DNA from: a virus
Lineage: Duplodnaviria > Caudoviricetes
Virus record (IMG/VR): IMGVR_UViG_3300035208_002849
Coordinates: 32,001-96,000 of that record
Reading direction: 5' to 3' (one strand)
DNA: 64,000 nucleotides
The notes beneath the pieces were generated by a model. The model did not search any database. It saw only the letters and a list, made by a program, of their open reading frames with translations, and was not told the origin of the DNA. Of this stretch, positions 8,226-18,359 are shown one piece after another. Position numbers and translations under genes: made by a program. Position 1 is the first letter of the stretch. Every line of letters begins with the position of its first letter.

Positions 8226-9155
8226 ATGCCAGTAGTTCACTCATTAAACAAAACAATGAAAGAACGCATAGATGAGTTCTATGGGAATGCCAGTATATTC
8301 AGACCAAACAAATTTTTGGTTGGGTTCTACGGTGAATATGTTAGACAGGCTATTGAAAAGCTGAAATCGGATGCAAAATTTGAGCGTTCGGCTTCGAATC
8401 AATACACAGGAAACATAAAAACATCATTGGGTGATACGGTGTATCTCACAGCTCTTGATCGTTGGTTGTCCAAGCACTACAACTCCGAAGATGAACAGGT
8501 TGAGTTGAAGTGGACATGTACTGATGCTGAACTACCAAGTGTTCAAGCTTCTGTTGATAACTCATATATGATTGATTCTATCAAATCAATTAGACATCCA
8601 TTGGTAAAAAGTGCCACTGATGATGTACAACAAATTAAAATCGGTATCATGGAAGATCGAAACATGATGATGTATCAGTTTTTCAATGCATTAATGAACC
8701 GATTCTATACACCACAGATTCTGAAACCCCGTAGCTCGTTCCATAAATTAGGAATGTATGTGGCAGTACTTCAGGAAGATTTTGTTATTCCTCATGGAGT
8801 TAAAGAAAACGGAACTCCACGTGATAAAGATTTGGATGCCGTTGTGTCCCATATCTTTGAATTCAATTCAGTCGTAATGGCTGGTATTCCAACGTTGAAT
8901 TTCAATAATAAAATTGACCAACCATTGAAATACAGTCTATCGTTCTACGCCCCAAATACATTCCAAGGATCATTCAAAACCAGTTTCAAAGGATTGCGAA
9001 ACAATAGCGGTGATAAACAATTCCTATCAGGAGTTGATGGAAATGGAATGGATCGCACTGGACAGAGATATATCAAGAGTAATTTCGAAGTCAGTATTAA
9101 TGATCTTCGAACTACCACGAATGGCGTTTACGAGAGAACGACTGAACCAGAATAA
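8226..9155 (+). CDS. Putative baseplate/tail-tube initiator-like protein
   Basis: RPNKFLV, CTDAELPS and IMEDRNM..YQFF pattern seen in gp54/gp19-type proteins. Confidence 0.4.
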   Translation: MPVVHSLNKTMKERIDEFYGNASIFRPNKFLVGFYGEYVRQAIEKLKSDAKFERSASNQYTGNIKTSLGDTVYLTALDRWLSKHYNSEDEQVELKWTCTDAELPSVQASVDNSYMIDSIKSIRHPLVKSATDDVQQIKIGIMEDRNMMMYQFFNALMNRFYTPQILKPRSSFHKLGMYVAVLQEDFVIPHGVKENGTPRDKDLDAVVSHIFEFNSVVMAGIPTLNFNNKIDQPLKYSLSFYAPNTFQGSFKTSFKGLRNNSGDKQFLSGVDGNGMDRTGQRYIKSNFEVSINDLRTTTNGVYERTTEPE

Positions 9156-10057
9156 TCAAAAAAATCTAGATCTAAGGGATTAAGCCGCACTTTATCCCTT
9201 AGTCGATTACATTGCTTGGTAAAATATTCTTTATGTTCAATTGAATGGGTTTCGGTTGGACGTGGATGGTCAATGTGATGCACCCCGGATAGCCTATCGC
9301 CAATGGTTGTGATGAATATTCGACAATACACCGCCTGTATTCCAAGATAACTGTCCTCACCTCCCCATGCACCAAGAAAATCACTGCTGAATAGCTCTTT
9401 TCGCTGAAAGTATCGGTAATTCAACTTTTTGATTAGATTCACTGCATATAGATTGATTCCAATGTTACATGACCATACAACCATGCAGTCTTTAATCAGA
9501 TTGCCATGCTCGTTGATGACAGTCCCTTTATCACGAAATAGTTGTAGATGAGCCAGTGCTGCTACTGATTCTCTGCGATCTTGAAACCGATATTGACGTT
9601 CTCTGCGTCTGCCCACCGTGAGAATAGGCAAATTTTTCCCTAATTTGGCATTATGTGCCTTAACTAGATCAGATTCGGGGACGCAATCACCATCAATGAA
9701 GATGAAATTGGTACAGCCTTGTCGAATTGCAACTTCCAATCCTACATTTCGTGCCATACCAGCTAGGAAAATTTTACCATCGGCTGTTCGGGGTAGTTGA
9801 GCGGGAACTGAGTAGATAACCTCTATTGTGATATTCAAGTCAGGAAACTCGGAATTCTGGGTTGAGATATGTGTAAGTGCATCCCACGTGGCGTTTTCTG
9901 GCTCTCCAGAGCCTACCAGAGGCCCCTTATCACAGCCAGGGCGGTCCACAACCGCAATAACCAAATCGGGCTTCACAGATTGTCTCTGAAGCCCTATAAG
10001 GATCTTATTCCAATACTTAGATTGGTTATGTAAAGGGACGATAACAGCAGTTTTCAT
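9128..10057 (-). CDS. Glycosyltransferase family 2
   Basis: AVIVPLHN, VVD, ARNVGL, FIDGDC (DxD) and WGGEDS motifs. Confidence 0.85.
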   Translation of the reverse strand: MKTAVIVPLHNQSKYWNKILIGLQRQSVKPDLVIAVVDRPGCDKGPLVGSGEPENATWDALTHISTQNSEFPDLNITIEVIYSVPAQLPRTADGKIFLAGMARNVGLEVAIRQGCTNFIFIDGDCVPESDLVKAHNAKLGKNLPILTVGRRRERQYRFQDRRESVAALAHLQLFRDKGTVINEHGNLIKDCMVVWSCNIGINLYAVNLIKKLNYRYFQRKELFSSDFLGAWGGEDSYLGIQAVYCRIFITTIGDRLSGVHHIDHPRPTETHSIEHKEYFTKQCNRLRDKVRLNPLDLDFFDYSGSVVLS

Positions 10058-10060
10058 TGA

Positions 10061-10216
10061 TTATGCGTATTTACTCTTATTTTTGAGTTTTCTGGCTTTC
10101 CAATCTTCAAATGACTCCGATTCAACATTCGGCACCAAAATAGTTTCAGTGGAATTAATCACCTCGACTGGTTCTTCGTTAGTTGCAACTTCGGAATTTG
10201 GGTTGGCTTTATTCAT
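10061..10216 (-). CDS. Small hypothetical protein (51 aa)
   Basis: Translated by hand (MNKANPNSEV...KSKYA); AGGAG RBS; sigma70-like promoter upstream. Confidence 0.55.
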   Translation of the reverse strand: MNKANPNSEVATNEEPVEVINSTETILVPNVESESFEDWKARKLKNKSKYA

Positions 10217-10239
10217 AATCGACTCCTTTGTTACTTACT

Positions 10240-10267
10240 AATATAGAAAAATGTTTTCCTTTGTCAA
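10240..10267 (-). promoter_or_regulatory. Sigma70-like early promoter
   Basis: TTGACA-16 nt-TATATT on the minus strand, same layout as at 1411. Confidence 0.6.
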
Positions 10268-10291
10268 ACATAAATCTGAAGAAATTTGAAA

Positions 10292-11332
10292 TTATTTCAC
10301 AGTCGTGTTAAGCTGACTCGATAAATATAAGATTTTCCCAGAATACAGGGTAAGCATTTTTTGATATTCGCTATAAAGCTTCCGATTATGGGCGGTGGTT
10401 GGGATTACAGATTGTTTCAGATAATTCAACTCGTCAATCTTCTGGCTACGGATCTTTACAATATCACCTAGCTCATTCGATATGCACCAGTAATCTTTGG
10501 TTGGTGTGAATACAATCCCTTCGCTGATATCATAAAACTCTTCCAGATTCTGTTCACGATTACGCTCAACCTGAAATTCGATACGGTCAAATGCACCGTA
10601 GGTATAATTGCATATATAATCGACTCGATTGTCAGCAAGGATGACATCAGCTTGCTTTTCTCGTCTAGTGATAATTTTATTCACGTGTCGAATATCAATA
10701 CTATCACGCTTAATTTTCGGATGCTCTAATAATTTTTCGCATACATCGGCATAACCATCAACTGGACGATAAATGCTTCCCGTATTATTTCCATCAAGAC
10801 AAGATAGATCGATTTCACGGGCCAGTCCCTCACGAGTAAATTTGGACTGTCGAATACCACCCCATTTATTTATTCCCATGTATTTCAACAAACTATCATA
10901 CAACCACTTGGGGAAAAAATTCTTGTAGATATTAATGAAATTACTTGCGGTTTCAAGATTATCTCGGAATTCATCAATCTTAGTAAGACAGAAAGCAACT
11001 TGTTCCCATTCTTCGGCAGATTCAAAGCTAGACTTATTCAATGGATAACTAATCAGACCATTTCGGTTGTTGACAAACTTAAGATCATTGTATGGAATGA
11101 AGACAAACGTAGAATTGTTCATTTTCTTGAATTCGACATCGATTCCAAGTGCTTTGATCTGCAACGTGTTTTCATATGATATGTAATCACGTGTGTCATC
11201 AAGCGGATGTGCTAAGTCACCTGTCTGTAAATAAACCACCTCGATATCTCGTTTCACAGCAAGTTCACGTGCGAACATAGATGAATCCAGAGAATATCCG
11301 ATGATATATGCTTTAGTGTTGAGTTTATTCAT
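10292..11332 (-). CDS. UDP-galactopyranose mutase (Glf)-like protein, divergent
   Basis: YPLN, KWG, PVDGYADVCEKLLEHPKI and VDYICNYTYG resemble Glf; FAD GxG motif degenerate (IIGYSL); start moved to ATG 11332. Confidence 0.55.
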   Translation of the reverse strand: MNKLNTKAYIIGYSLDSSMFARELAVKRDIEVVYLQTGDLAHPLDDTRDYISYENTLQIKALGIDVEFKKMNNSTFVFIPYNDLKFVNNRNGLISYPLNKSSFESAEEWEQVAFCLTKIDEFRDNLETASNFINIYKNFFPKWLYDSLLKYMGINKWGGIRQSKFTREGLAREIDLSCLDGNNTGSIYRPVDGYADVCEKLLEHPKIKRDSIDIRHVNKIITRREKQADVILADNRVDYICNYTYGAFDRIEFQVERNREQNLEEFYDISEGIVFTPTKDYWCISNELGDIVKIRSQKIDELNYLKQSVIPTTAHNRKLYSEYQKMLTLYSGKILYLSSQLNTTVK

Positions 11333-11772
11333 TAAAACTTCATCTCTTCTTTTACCAAGGGCAAAATATATTTTTCGAGCCACTCAGGGGTCGGGAATCC
11401 CATTATAATATCAATAATTTTCCCATCCTTGTCACAGAACATGTGCATAGGAGTTTTTGAAAATCCCATTTCCTGATAAATCAAATTTTTCTCAGGTTCA
11501 TCTTCAAGTATCCACTTCACGTTTCGGATCGGATCAGTAAACAGACTGTATTGTTGAAACCATTGATTCATGGCAGCAAACTTGAATTTGCAATCATCAC
11601 ATAAGTCGTCATCGCCATAAAACGTGAATACCCACATGAACGTGGAACTATATTGCTTCATCAATTGTTCACCACTGACTTCTTTACCGAAATCAACTAA
11701 GCGTTCACTGAGAGGAACATAGATGTAATCAATTGGAGCTTTTTTGTTACAGCAAGTCATACAGAATAACAT
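11332..11772 (-). CDS. Thioredoxin-fold protein
   Basis: FTFY..CDDC, cis-Pro KTPMHMF, DKDGKII..GF. Confidence 0.7.
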   Translation of the reverse strand: MLFCMTCCNKKAPIDYIYVPLSERLVDFGKEVSGEQLMKQYSSTFMWVFTFYGDDDLCDDCKFKFAAMNQWFQQYSLFTDPIRNVKWILEDEPEKNLIYQEMGFSKTPMHMFCDKDGKIIDIIMGFPTPEWLEKYILPLVKEEMKF

Positions 11773-11823
11773 ACCTCGTAGTATACACTACAAAATATAT
11801 TATTGACACAGTATAACTTTCTA

Positions 11824-12330
11824 TTATTTGAATAGAGTATTTGTATTCTTTTCGTTAATAACACGCCAGATCATGCCGTTTTTCTGACACCATCTCTGAG
11901 CAGCTTCCCATTTCGCCATGTTCACCATATAATCTTTACTATCAGATTTGAATCTGAGCATACTTTTTCGGTATCGATCCCATTTCTTGGGGTCTTGATC
12001 CTTAGGTGGATTCGGCTTTTTAGGCATCATACAATATTTAGCTGGTTTGATCTCAGCGAGAATTTTATGTTGGGCACCACTGTCCATTTGAATATGACAG
12101 TAGATGTCAGGCCAATAGATTGTAAAATTCATGTATATCGGATTGTGATAGTAAATGGGAAATGGTTCATATCCCCATTCGATTACATATGGATTGATAT
12201 CCAAAGCATGAAATACTTGGGCTTCCCATCCAGACTTAAAGAGAGGTGGTTTGGCAGCCTTATGATATTTCTCAGGATATTTCAGAGGAAATGGTTCCTT
12301 CGCTTTATGTGTGTCCTTCTTATAATTCAT
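11824..12330 (-). CDS. Head completion nuclease (T4 gp4-like, TnsA-type fold)
   Basis: KSGWE, WGYEP..IYY, YWPD, EIKP and N.AKWEAA..WC motifs. Confidence 0.8.
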   Translation of the reverse strand: MNYKKDTHKAKEPFPLKYPEKYHKAAKPPLFKSGWEAQVFHALDINPYVIEWGYEPFPIYYHNPIYMNFTIYWPDIYCHIQMDSGAQHKILAEIKPAKYCMMPKKPNPPKDQDPKKWDRYRKSMLRFKSDSKDYMVNMAKWEAAQRWCQKNGMIWRVINEKNTNTLFK

Positions 12331-14153
12331 TATGCAGTTACCGTATTAAACCATCTTCCGTAATAATTTTGAAGACTCTCATTAGATAGTTTATCAGGTT
12401 TAGCATTTGTTTTTATTTTTTCGATTGTAGTCGCATTATAATCACTCGCTACCTGATAGGTCGGGGACTGAAATGATTGTACTTCCTGACTGTTGGCTTT
12501 CGAGAATGCATCAACTGAACGTTCAAGCGATGTATCATCCAATGCAGTTGATACTTCACGTTGTTTGATATTAGCGGCTGTATTCTCTTTACTCTTAGCA
12601 TCAATTGCTTGGATCAACTGTGTATGCACGGTTGATTTCTTAAATCGAGCATCCCATTCAACTAATTGTAGGAATCGTTCAAAATAAATACCTTGGTCAA
12701 CCGAAGTACCAATGTTTCGGATAATACTAATAACACTATCTTCTACACCCGAATTGAATGCTTCAGTACCCTGTTGTATCTGCAAGCCTTCCCCATCAGG
12801 ACCATCCTTAAATTGGATTGCATCTGCAATTGGAGTCGGATTCTTTACAGCAGGTGCACGTGCGGTATCAATTTTACCAGTTTGCTTGAATGCATCTATG
12901 ATACCAACAAAAATGCCCTTACCTTTATCCTGATTTTTAACAAACAGTTCTCGGATCATGGTAGGCCGTGGTTGTTGTGCTTGAACATTTACTGCAATAC
13001 ATGATTGGTAAATATCGATCATCATAACATCACGCCAGTATTTATCGTCAAGTCGAAGATCTTCATTCATTGCCTTGATCTGAGTTCTTAGATCATCAAC
13101 AAATGACGCACATACGAACTCGAAACAATTAGCCCACATCTTGAATGTGTTAATCATGTCAATCACACTCATACCGAAATATTCTTTTCCAGATGCATCA
13201 CGTTCAGTGGTATATACAAGAAGACAATCAGCATCACCGAGAGTCTTGATAAGACCAGTCACGTTGATTTTTTCGTTGAGCAACATGCAGTAAACACGCA
13301 TAAGTTCACGCAATGGTGTCATCAACAGTTCCATTGTGTTCTTGATGAACTCATCAAGCATGTTGAATCCTTTGTCGATATTATCCAAGATGCTGTTATC
13401 GATGAAACTATTAACTGCATTAAGGATAGAACTAGGATCAAGTGAGAACTTTGCAAGTACGCAATTAACAACTTGCTGAGGAGTAGTCAACTCATTTCCG
13501 TCATCATCTTGTTCACAATTGAACATCTTTGCCACGATAGTTTGTATACATGGACAATGCTCCATCAACTCGATCAAAATATCGAAGTCAGTGATATTTC
13601 TGACTAGCTTGTTGATAGCGTTTTTCGCATCAACAATAACGCTGATAATACAGTCACGAACTTCACTGGTGAAATCAAGCAACGCCTTTTCAATCTTTCG
13701 TTTCAATGCATCAATTTTTTTGAATAACACGAATGCGGATTTGGTTGCCGTATCTACATAGAAGATTACTGTACGAAATGCGTTAGTCACAGTTACGCAA
13801 AATGATGATGTGATACTTTCGGCATCAAATCCTACAGATGATGCAACCTTATCAAGTGCACCACCAACTTTTTGCATACCTGTCTGGAGATTCACATTAT
13901 CGGATACCCAGTCATACCCACCACGAACAGCCCCAGTAGTAGCTGGAAATTTATTTGAGAAATATTCGAGTACCACATCAGTACAGTTTGTACGCTGAAG
14001 TTTCAATGTAGCGGTTTCTATTGCATCAAGAAAACTATCAGCAAATGTTATATCACCTTTATTACTGCGGTCATATACATTCGCATCAGTAGCATTACGT
14101 ACACCACTTGCAGATACATCTTGATTCACGATTTTGTTAATACATTTTGCCAT
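12330..14153 (-). CDS. Hypothetical helical, Cys-containing protein in the baseplate operon
   Basis: 607-aa ORF coupled to its neighbours. Confidence 0.7.
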   Translation of the reverse strand: MAKCINKIVNQDVSASGVRNATDANVYDRSNKGDITFADSFLDAIETATLKLQRTNCTDVVLEYFSNKFPATTGAVRGGYDWVSDNVNLQTGMQKVGGALDKVASSVGFDAESITSSFCVTVTNAFRTVIFYVDTATKSAFVLFKKIDALKRKIEKALLDFTSEVRDCIISVIVDAKNAINKLVRNITDFDILIELMEHCPCIQTIVAKMFNCEQDDDGNELTTPQQVVNCVLAKFSLDPSSILNAVNSFIDNSILDNIDKGFNMLDEFIKNTMELLMTPLRELMRVYCMLLNEKINVTGLIKTLGDADCLLVYTTERDASGKEYFGMSVIDMINTFKMWANCFEFVCASFVDDLRTQIKAMNEDLRLDDKYWRDVMMIDIYQSCIAVNVQAQQPRPTMIRELFVKNQDKGKGIFVGIIDAFKQTGKIDTARAPAVKNPTPIADAIQFKDGPDGEGLQIQQGTEAFNSGVEDSVISIIRNIGTSVDQGIYFERFLQLVEWDARFKKSTVHTQLIQAIDAKSKENTAANIKQREVSTALDDTSLERSVDAFSKANSQEVQSFQSPTYQVASDYNATTIEKIKTNAKPDKLSNESLQNYYGRWFNTVTA

Positions 14154-14170
14154 TATGCACTCGCATTCTT

Positions 14171-15409
14171 TTATACATTAATCTTGTTCTTATCAAGATT
14201 TCCCATTCCATCCACCGCAGGTAATGCCAACAATTCTTCTGGATATACCGGAACAATAGGAAGGTCATTATCATTTGCAGTGTATCGAATATGCTTAATT
14301 AGTTTATTCAACAAGTCATATTGATACTGAGTATAAAAATCACCAGTTCCACTCAACATGATTACAACCGCACCTTCATTAGCAGTAGCACCATCCAGAG
14401 TTTTTGCATTACTCATATAAGAAACATCATTAGTAAGTTCAACGAACTGAACAAATCCTTTCTGTTTTTCACCTTCGGTCGAATCACGTTCACCGTCAAT
14501 CGGAGGAGTTCCTTCATTTCTACCAATGAGATAATGAACTGCCATATCATTATTCGAATCAGCAATCTTAGAGGAAGATTCCAAGAAATCATCGGTATCA
14601 GATTTTGCAATAATGATACGACTAAATTCTTTATCATTGCGTTCAACGTAACTCTCAATTGGATAGAATGGAACACTATCGACCTGTTCGCCAGCTTCAT
14701 CATAGATTGGCTTCGATTCAAGTTCAGAACCACCAACTTCTTTCGATGGTTCTCTATCATCCACCGTGTCGAAATCGCTATTGCTACGACCATTGATAAG
14801 ATCAGCAACTGCATTAGACATATGAGTAACGAACATGTATTCAGAACCCTGATATGCACCACCATTCGACACATTATTTCCAACTGGCGTACAACAGAAA
14901 ACATCAATAGTTGCTTCCGTCAATACAGACTGGATTCGAGTACCTTGATTATTAATCGCACCTCGACCAGTATTACTATACCCTTTATCGCTATTATGCA
15001 CCAATGCACCAGATGATGTCCATGTAACCGTACTATTACTTGGATGAGTTACCTGACTTTCCTTTGTGCGTCTATTATGACTCATCTGGAAAAAATCACC
15101 ACCAAGATTTGATATTGAGACGTTCGGGTAATCCGATACATATTCATCTGGAAGATATCGAGGCTCAGGAGATGATTGAAAGTATTTACCCTTGTTAATA
15201 TCACCGTCATCGAATGCAACACGCAGTATAGTTCCTTTAGTAGGAACAGCCTGTATGCTATTCACCGCAGGAATGACAAATGGCTGCTCATCGTTCTTAA
15301 GGTCTTCAGTAACGCCTTTGATTAACGCACGAACAGCACCACCGTGATTTGGATCTACTTCATCAGTAACCACAACAGCATCATAATATTTATCATTCAA
15401 CTTACCCAT
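14171..15409 (-). CDS. Baseplate hub/spike gp5-like protein with degenerate C-terminal amidase-like domain
   Basis: N-terminal OB fold (VV..DP...G.VR, P.KG..RV.FDDGD); C-terminal AVHYLIGR, FVQFVE, YTQYQYDLL. Confidence 0.65.
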   Translation of the reverse strand: MGKLNDKYYDAVVVTDEVDPNHGGAVRALIKGVTEDLKNDEQPFVIPAVNSIQAVPTKGTILRVAFDDGDINKGKYFQSSPEPRYLPDEYVSDYPNVSISNLGGDFFQMSHNRRTKESQVTHPSNSTVTWTSSGALVHNSDKGYSNTGRGAINNQGTRIQSVLTEATIDVFCCTPVGNNVSNGGAYQGSEYMFVTHMSNAVADLINGRSNSDFDTVDDREPSKEVGGSELESKPIYDEAGEQVDSVPFYPIESYVERNDKEFSRIIIAKSDTDDFLESSSKIADSNNDMAVHYLIGRNEGTPPIDGERDSTEGEKQKGFVQFVELTNDVSYMSNAKTLDGATANEGAVVIMLSGTGDFYTQYQYDLLNKLIKHIRYTANDNDLPIVPVYPEELLALPAVDGMGNLDKNKINV

Positions 15410-16719
15410 TACTTAACTTCCTTCATGGTGTTAATAAATTTCATGGTGTCTTCAAGTCCAGCCGTACCATAATTATCGGATACAAATTTCAATATGGTAA
15501 CCATTTCATCATTACCACTGCCTTTAAGTCTACCTGTAGTATTTCGTTCAACGGTGGTGAAGCGAATCTGTTTTTCGGCAAGTATATATGTGTCGGTATA
15601 CGTTGTGTCAATGTTAGCACCACGTACTTTTAGGTCATTGTTCAATGCAAGGATAGATGCTTTAGTACCGATAGCTGGTCCTATGGTATTGTATATTCTC
15701 ACATACATTACTTTACCATATGTTGCCATCTTGTAATCACGATATACATCAGATAATGAATACATTTTATGGGTATTATTCGGCCAATGTCTACGTACTT
15801 GCAGATCACCGAATACATCATTCGGGTCTTTTAGGTCAGTGATATTCTGAAGTTCACTTTGTTTATCATCACCCATCGATTTCAATACGGAGGAAAAACA
15901 ACCTTTTCTGAATCCGGCTTGATTCATATCGGTATCACCAATCCCCGAAAATGATATATTAGGAAATAATTTTTTTCGATTTTTCCCTAATTCATTCGCA
16001 CGTGAATCACCATTATATGCCCATATAGTAACCGCTGGTTCATTCAGTCGTTTTTTAACTTCACTCTTTGATGCACTCGCATTATCAGCAAACATGAACA
16101 AATGAGTAGTCTCTAGAGCACGTTCCAAATTTAATGTAGATATCTTGATACAATTATTTACATCGTCAAATACCCAAAATAAAAAATCGTTTTTCATATA
16201 TGATTTGGATATGACAGTGTCAAATGATTCCCACATACTATCTTGGATGTATCGCCATGTCATTGAATCAGTTGGTTTTTCAAAATCTGTTTTACTTAAC
16301 AAATCCAATGCTTTATAGTCATGGTATTCACATATGTCAACCAATGCTTCCAGACTTGTTCCCTTAAATGCACGGGTACTATTACGAAGTGATTCTTTCG
16401 TACCAGCAGTCCATTTGATTTTATATGCAGTATCAGCACCACTTTGTTCAACTTGAATCATTTCATCAATAATGAATGGAATAGCACTCGCTTTTTCCAT
16501 ATTGGTATCGCTTGTATCGGTAAAATATATAACACCATAATCACCACTATTAGCGATTACGAAATCACTGCCTTTATCGGCCAATACGAATTCACCAGTT
16601 GGTATAGTATTCATAGCATTGAATACATCAAATCGAAGAATTGACATGGAGGTGAACGCAAGATTCTTCAATGTAATTAAGATCTTTACGTCACCTGAGG
16701 TGGTTGATACTGATGACAT
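15409..16719 (-). CDS. Putative baseplate hub protein (gp27-like)
   Basis: Size and position immediately upstream of the gp5-like gene; weak motif support. Confidence 0.4.
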   Translation of the reverse strand: MSSVSTTSGDVKILITLKNLAFTSMSILRFDVFNAMNTIPTGEFVLADKGSDFVIANSGDYGVIYFTDTSDTNMEKASAIPFIIDEMIQVEQSGADTAYKIKWTAGTKESLRNSTRAFKGTSLEALVDICEYHDYKALDLLSKTDFEKPTDSMTWRYIQDSMWESFDTVISKSYMKNDFLFWVFDDVNNCIKISTLNLERALETTHLFMFADNASASKSEVKKRLNEPAVTIWAYNGDSRANELGKNRKKLFPNISFSGIGDTDMNQAGFRKGCFSSVLKSMGDDKQSELQNITDLKDPNDVFGDLQVRRHWPNNTHKMYSLSDVYRDYKMATYGKVMYVRIYNTIGPAIGTKASILALNNDLKVRGANIDTTYTDTYILAEKQIRFTTVERNTTGRLKGSGNDEMVTILKFVSDNYGTAGLEDTMKFINTMKEVK

Positions 16720-17144
16720 TAATTAGTCTCCAAATACTCATACTGCTTGAGCCAGCTATCGGCACTTTCAAATGTTGGTACAAACAACACTCGACCTGTA
16801 TATACATCGCTTACCATTCCATAGCTAATATCAGCGTAGGAATGCCAATCATATGCACTATATCGTTTCTCATCCATCAGTCTATTGTATTCCGCTTCCA
16901 ATTCGGTTCCAGTGAACCCTCTAAGAAGTAGCTCATGCATTAATGCATCATCGACCTTTCGGATTCCAGTTCGAAATCCCTGATTAAGAACGATGTTATT
17001 TGCAGCCGCCAACGGTTTATACATGTTAACGTAGCCATATAGCTTATATGCAATTTTATCCAATCGACCAACTTCATATGCTTGTACAACATATGTACTC
17101 TCTATTGAAAAGTTAAATTTTTTTATTCTGGGATATGCCATCAT
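16719..17144 (-). CDS. Baseplate wedge protein gp53-like (LysM-like)
   Basis: YVV..GRLDKIAYKLYG...LAAANNI ... GRVLFVP. Confidence 0.6.
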   Translation of the reverse strand: MMAYPRIKKFNFSIESTYVVQAYEVGRLDKIAYKLYGYVNMYKPLAAANNIVLNQGFRTGIRKVDDALMHELLLRGFTGTELEAEYNRLMDEKRYSAYDWHSYADISYGMVSDVYTGRVLFVPTFESADSWLKQYEYLETN

Positions 17145-17154
17145 AAACCTCGGA

Positions 17155-18354
17155 TTAATATGGACTCAATGGAGAGTTACCGTAACGACCAATATTTGTA
17201 ACAGTGTTATCCATATAACTTCTGGTCATATTATTTTCTTCAATTACATCCTGAACGGTTTTACCATTTGGATCATACGTACCGGTAGAATAAGTGTTAA
17301 CCGACTTTGCAGGAATTGGATCTTCACCAAACAATTCTTCACCAAGAAGACTTGTAAACTGAAGATTAGGAGCAGGGTTGAGCCAATACTTAAAGCTAAT
17401 CGTAGTCGTAACGAAGATAGGAAGATGTCGTCCGATATCATTTTTTGAACCACTGTAATTAATAAATGTTTCTTTTGAGAATTTTGTACTCACTCCAGTT
17501 ATTACCAATGGCTCAACGTCCATATGCTGACCTACGCATACACGCACAGGGAGAGGGTTAAATGTGAAGTTTCTACCGAATGCCTCTTGAATATCTTTAT
17601 ATCCATTAAACATTTTCTGAGGAATTTCCGATTGATTTACTGCTTCACCAACAGTTGATGCAACCTTTTCTGATGTATCAGCTATAAGACCATCACCAAC
17701 CTGAATTTGTTGTAATCCTTGTCCTACGTCCTTAATAATATTGGCTAATCCGAAGTCACCAATTTGTTTGGGATATGCCATTCGATACAGGGTTTTCAGT
17801 GACTTGACACATAGATGATATTGTTCGGGTAGATACCAACCACATGTAATCGAATAATCGTTCAGACTTACACCTGAAAAATTCTTAACTGTAGCACTAC
17901 CAGTAGCTGATTTGTTAACGCCTAGTAACTGGCTACCGATTTCGCCAACCTTATCAACGATATCCATAGCACCCGATACTAATCCGCTAGTACCAGCAAC
18001 AATACCTTTAAGTTCACCCAAAAGCGTAGCATCAGCACTTCTGTCATTCCATTCAATGCTTAGATCAAATTCGGTCTCACCGCCGCCAACTAGGAAGCCA
18101 TAAAATACTCGCTCACCATCCTGACTGATACGCTGATACAATGATCTTCGCACTTGGTCACCAACACGTTGTACAGATGACAAATATCGTTCACGTGCAT
18201 TTCCATCAAGAACTTCAATTCGCAAAATATTAGGCTTTGGAAGAGTTGTAGCTAATCCTTTACCTTTTTCAACAACATACTCACCTTCGGCATTAGTATC
18301 ACCCAACCCACGATTGGTAAAATTTCTTTCTGTATATTTTTTATCCGTTGCCAT
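17155..18354 (-). CDS. Putative baseplate tail-tube cap/initiator (gp48-like)
   Basis: LYRMAYP, P.PVRVCVG..VITGVS.KF and P....TISF pattern; operon context. Confidence 0.45.
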   Translation of the reverse strand: MATDKKYTERNFTNRGLGDTNAEGEYVVEKGKGLATTLPKPNILRIEVLDGNARERYLSSVQRVGDQVRRSLYQRISQDGERVFYGFLVGGGETEFDLSIEWNDRSADATLLGELKGIVAGTSGLVSGAMDIVDKVGEIGSQLLGVNKSATGSATVKNFSGVSLNDYSITCGWYLPEQYHLCVKSLKTLYRMAYPKQIGDFGLANIIKDVGQGLQQIQVGDGLIADTSEKVASTVGEAVNQSEIPQKMFNGYKDIQEAFGRNFTFNPLPVRVCVGQHMDVEPLVITGVSTKFSKETFINYSGSKNDIGRHLPIFVTTTISFKYWLNPAPNLQFTSLLGEELFGEDPIPAKSVNTYSTGTYDPNGKTVQDVIEENNMTRSYMDNTVTNIGRYGNSPLSPY

Positions 18355-18359
18355 AACAA

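Noticed and set aside
11824-12330. Tn7 TnsA transposase
   Set aside because: Motifs and structural-operon context match T4 gp4; no TnsB or TnsC nearby
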